A stretch of DNA of 63,570 nt, filler included, from Lenisia limosa (taxonomy: Eukaryota; Protista; Breviatea), in NCBI GenBank assembly GCA_001655205.1. It is 16 parts of 16 records of this genome, joined end to end, with 100 filler letters (N's around TTAATTAATTAA, not from the genome) between each part and the next. Parts side by side here need not be neighbours in the genome. Positions count along the whole stretch, not along the records: positions 58,809 to 62,142 come from LPNZ01002446.1; positions 62,243 to 63,570 come from LPNZ01001571.1; 14 more parts are not named here. One strand, 5' to 3'. Positions within the stretch are counted from its first letter, which is position 1. Every line of letters starts with the position of its first letter. A program made the translations under genes and the position numbers. The notes beneath the pieces were generated by a model. That model worked only from the letters and a program-made list of their open reading frames with translations, searched no databases and was not told the DNA's origin. Shown here in pieces: positions 60,540-63,570 of the stretch.

Positions 60540-62065
60540 TTAAGAACCCAGTAGCACCTCATCCAACCAAGATGAGACTGTATTTTCCACCTCAAACGCA
60601 GCGTAATCATTCCGGCCGAAAACACTCCGAAGCGCATTACGTCGGAATTGCTGTTCTTGTCGTGCTGAGCGTTGGGAATCTAGAGGGTCATTAACAGTGG
60701 AGTGGACATTTATACTAGTGTTCAAGGGATTATGCGTTGGACACACTAGTNNNNNNNNNNNNNNNNNNNNNNNNNNNNNNNNNNNNNNNNNNNNNNNNNN
60801 NNNNNNNNNNNNNNNNNNNNNNNNNNNNNNNNNNNNNNNNNNNNNNNNNNNNNNNNNNNNNNNNNNNNNNNNNNNNNNNNNNNNNNNNNNNNNNNNNNNN
60901 NNNNNNNNNNNNNTAACAACGTTTCGTCCATCTCCGTATCCCCTTCGTCATACAGTCGCTCTTTTTGTGACGTCTGGATGATGAGAAGCTTGAGAGGGGA
61001 TGGGGGGATCAGCCTTTATCTCATTTCCTGTGACAACATGTATGTCACGATATGCATATTATAACAGACTATACTACTCCATTTGTTTTTGGTTCTTGTC
61101 CTACCCCTATCTATTTCCATTAGGTGACCCCCCTCCCCCCACCAATGACGCAGGTTTCGGCGAAGGGAATTGGTCCTTTTCTGGAAAGTCAAAAAAAATA
61201 TAGTATAATATATAAAAAAATAGGTAAGCAAGTGTTTCAGGGAATTAATCTCGATAGTCCCATTTTGAGAGGTAAGGACCACTGGTATCTGAAAAAATCG
61301 CTTGCAAGTTGACAAGTCTTTTTAGCGAAAATAAGCTCCCCATCCAAAGATAAGTCAATTTTCTGTTCATGGTATCCCTAGATTATATTTAATGTACTTT
61401 ATTGCTTTCAAACCACTTTTACCCCCCCCCCTCTCCTCACCCGGCTTGGGATCNNNNNNNNNNNNNNNNNNNNNNNNNNNNNNNNNNNNNNNNNNCGGTC
61501 GATGTTGTACCTGTAACTACTCGGTCGCTCCGGCGGCTGCGGCGCTGCCTCCGATTCTGCTTCCGCTTCCGACGTGACGGAGTCAAAGACCAGGCCGGAG
61601 AGATGTGCCGAATCCGATGTCGGCTCGGGTCGGGAGTTCGGAAGTGGCGTGGGTTCCGACGACGCTTCCGAGTCCACTTCGTCCTCGACAATTTCGGCAA
61701 CTTCTATATCGGGTTATTTTCTTTCCCGAGAGAAATATCAAATTTATTATGGGGCTCCTATGGTCCTAAAAAGGTGGTAAAATGTCAATACGCCACTTCC
61801 CTTGTTTTTTTATTATCTACAGACCCTTGGAAAGAAACAAGAATGCCTTGAAATAGAATTTCGATAGTGATTACCCTCAACGCCCCTTCATTAACAATAG
61901 AATATCCAGTTTATAGCCACCGTTCCTGTCTTCTGTCAAAATATTACAATTATATTCTTATATTATTCAATTCCTCGCCATGTCCCCTTTACCGCAGAAG
62001 CCGCTTTGAGTTTCCTGAATCCAATGGGTACCTAGAGGGTCAGAAATATGGGCCAGGCTGCGGAA
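60540..62065 (-). CDS. hypothetical low-complexity protein, C-terminal exons
   Basis: LAHISDPLGTHWIQETQSGFC; AEIVEDEVDSEASSEPTPLPNSRPEP...; ...NDYAAFEVENTVSSWLDEVLLGS*. Confidence 0.4.
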
Positions 62066-62242
62066 AGGGGAGTAAAATTGGACAATTTATTGAAACAAAA
62101 AGCAAAGAGCCCAAAATCAACTCTGTTGGCTGACAACACACGNNNNNNNNNNNNNNNNNNNNNNNNNNNNNNNNNNNNNNNNNNNNTTAATTAATTAANN
62201 NNNNNNNNNNNNNNNNNNNNNNNNNNNNNNNNNNNNNNNNNN

Positions 62243-62391
62243 CGGCGCGTCCCTTGAAGCGGACGAAATGACCACTGTGCTACAGTCCTTCATGTCATCT
62301 GTTGCTGAGACCCTGGCTGAACCTGCTGAAGATGCTGAGAGTGCTGAAAAGACTGAATCAGCTGACGTTGCTAAGGGCACTGAAAAGGCTG
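62243..62391 (+). CDS. acidic low-complexity exon of a hypothetical protein
   Basis: GASLEADEMTTVLQSFMSSVAETLAEPAEDAESAEKTESADVAKGTEKA followed by a gtaatt donor. Confidence 0.35.
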
Positions 62392-63396
62392 AGTAATTTA
62401 ATACTATGTTGATGCACTACTATACCTGTAGAAATTGGAAGAAGATCGGGTAGGCTTGAAATGGAAGACCCGTAGAAATTGGGATTGAGTAGAGCGTTGA
62501 GAGTATCACCACTTCAGCTCCCCTGATATTTATCACCTCCGGGGTGACGGGGGACGACCTGTACCCCTCCTAGGCTACGAGTGATGCTTGAGTGTCAAAT
62601 TCAAGGAGAGACTTTGGGGGCTCCAGGGGGGACGACTGACGGCTGAAGTTTCAGAGTAACTGTTGTACTAGATTTGGAACTCTCATAGAAATTGGAAGAA
62701 AAGAAAAAATGAGTCTCTTGATAAGTCTTCTAAAACTATCGCTTATATCCAGATTTATCAGTCTTTTCAGACCAATGGTTGCAACAAGTACTATTTTTTT
62801 ATGATGTGGAAGGCTTCGGCCAGAGTGCTGTATTTCTCAATTCATCTCTCTCTCTCATTCTCTATTTTTTTTTTTCAAATCGATGTGATATACGTATGTG
62901 TAAAAGAAAGGGAAAAATATTTCCAAGAGTATAACTCAGAAAACTCCCTGGACGTTGGTTTTAACTTAAATTATACACATTGCATACCACATACCCTACA
63001 CTACCATCCATAGCTCGCTGAGTTCTTTGCCTCTTGAGCCATTTGCACCTACAATATCAGATCACATTTTGGGTCATTTTCACATGTGTGTCCTCATCCA
63101 CTAATGATTAAATTGTTCTAAAATAAGCAAAAATGAAGTATATCACTATTCTTAAGGCTCTGTGCAATTAATTTTAAAATTAATTCATTTTTGATAACCA
63201 TTTCATACCTCCATTCTTCGTCGTTCGGATTCTGTGAGTCGTGCCTCGTCATTACTGTGGTCCTAATGCATGATATTGTTACCGGTGTTGGTGACAATAA
63301 TGGTGACGTTTATTGTTTTCTTAGGTTATTCGTATAGAGACAGCATAATAAACTCCTTCACAGTTTTTGATTAAAAGAGTGATAATATCAGATGTA

Positions 63397-63487
63397 TGGC
63401 TTCACTTCGGTTCAAAACTGTCGAGTTATTTCGATAAAGCCTCAAAACTATCGATATTTTACCGAGTGTCGAACCGAAGTGAATCCC
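63397..63487. mobile_element. MITE family A copy
   Basis: TGGCTTCACTTCGGTTC...GAACCGAAGTGAATCCC-ta. Confidence 0.7.
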
Positions 63488-63570
63488 TAATAATACACAT
63501 TACAACTACGCGTAACCATACCGGCAGGCTGTCGATGTGACACTGTAAATGTTCGGGGAGAATGAGTTGC

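Overview
Eukaryotic nuclear DNA, intron-rich, standard genetic code. It is not one locus: 15 identical 100-bp spacers (44 N + TTAATTAATTAA + 44 N) join 16 apparently unrelated scaffold pieces, so gene neighbourhoods only mean something within a piece. Exons were spliced by hand (GT-AG), so boundaries are approximate. Recognisable genes: an RCC1-repeat protein, an NfnB/SudA (GltD-like) Fe-S flavoprotein, Hydin, a RAD54-like SNF2 helicase, a partial 5S rRNA, a GH32 glycosidase, a Giardia-type cathepsin B with a long C-terminal extension, COPE, Siva-like, Canopy-like, LRRC72-like, a short divergent RecQ-like ORF, SPF30, a NEK kinase, an ankyrin protein, a bacterial-type Calx-beta-like repeat protein, UBXN4-like and a Rab5/22-clade GTPase. 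This set suggests an anaerobic flagellated protist, possibly a metamonad (inference). The most unusual signal is intron architecture: (i) ~40-90-bp modules that repeatedly form the branch point/acceptor end of unrelated introns (introner-like); (ii) dense hairpin MITEs whose inverted repeats covary between subfamilies; (iii) tandem duplications anchored on splice junctions; (iv) one intron that is almost entirely a foldback palindrome.
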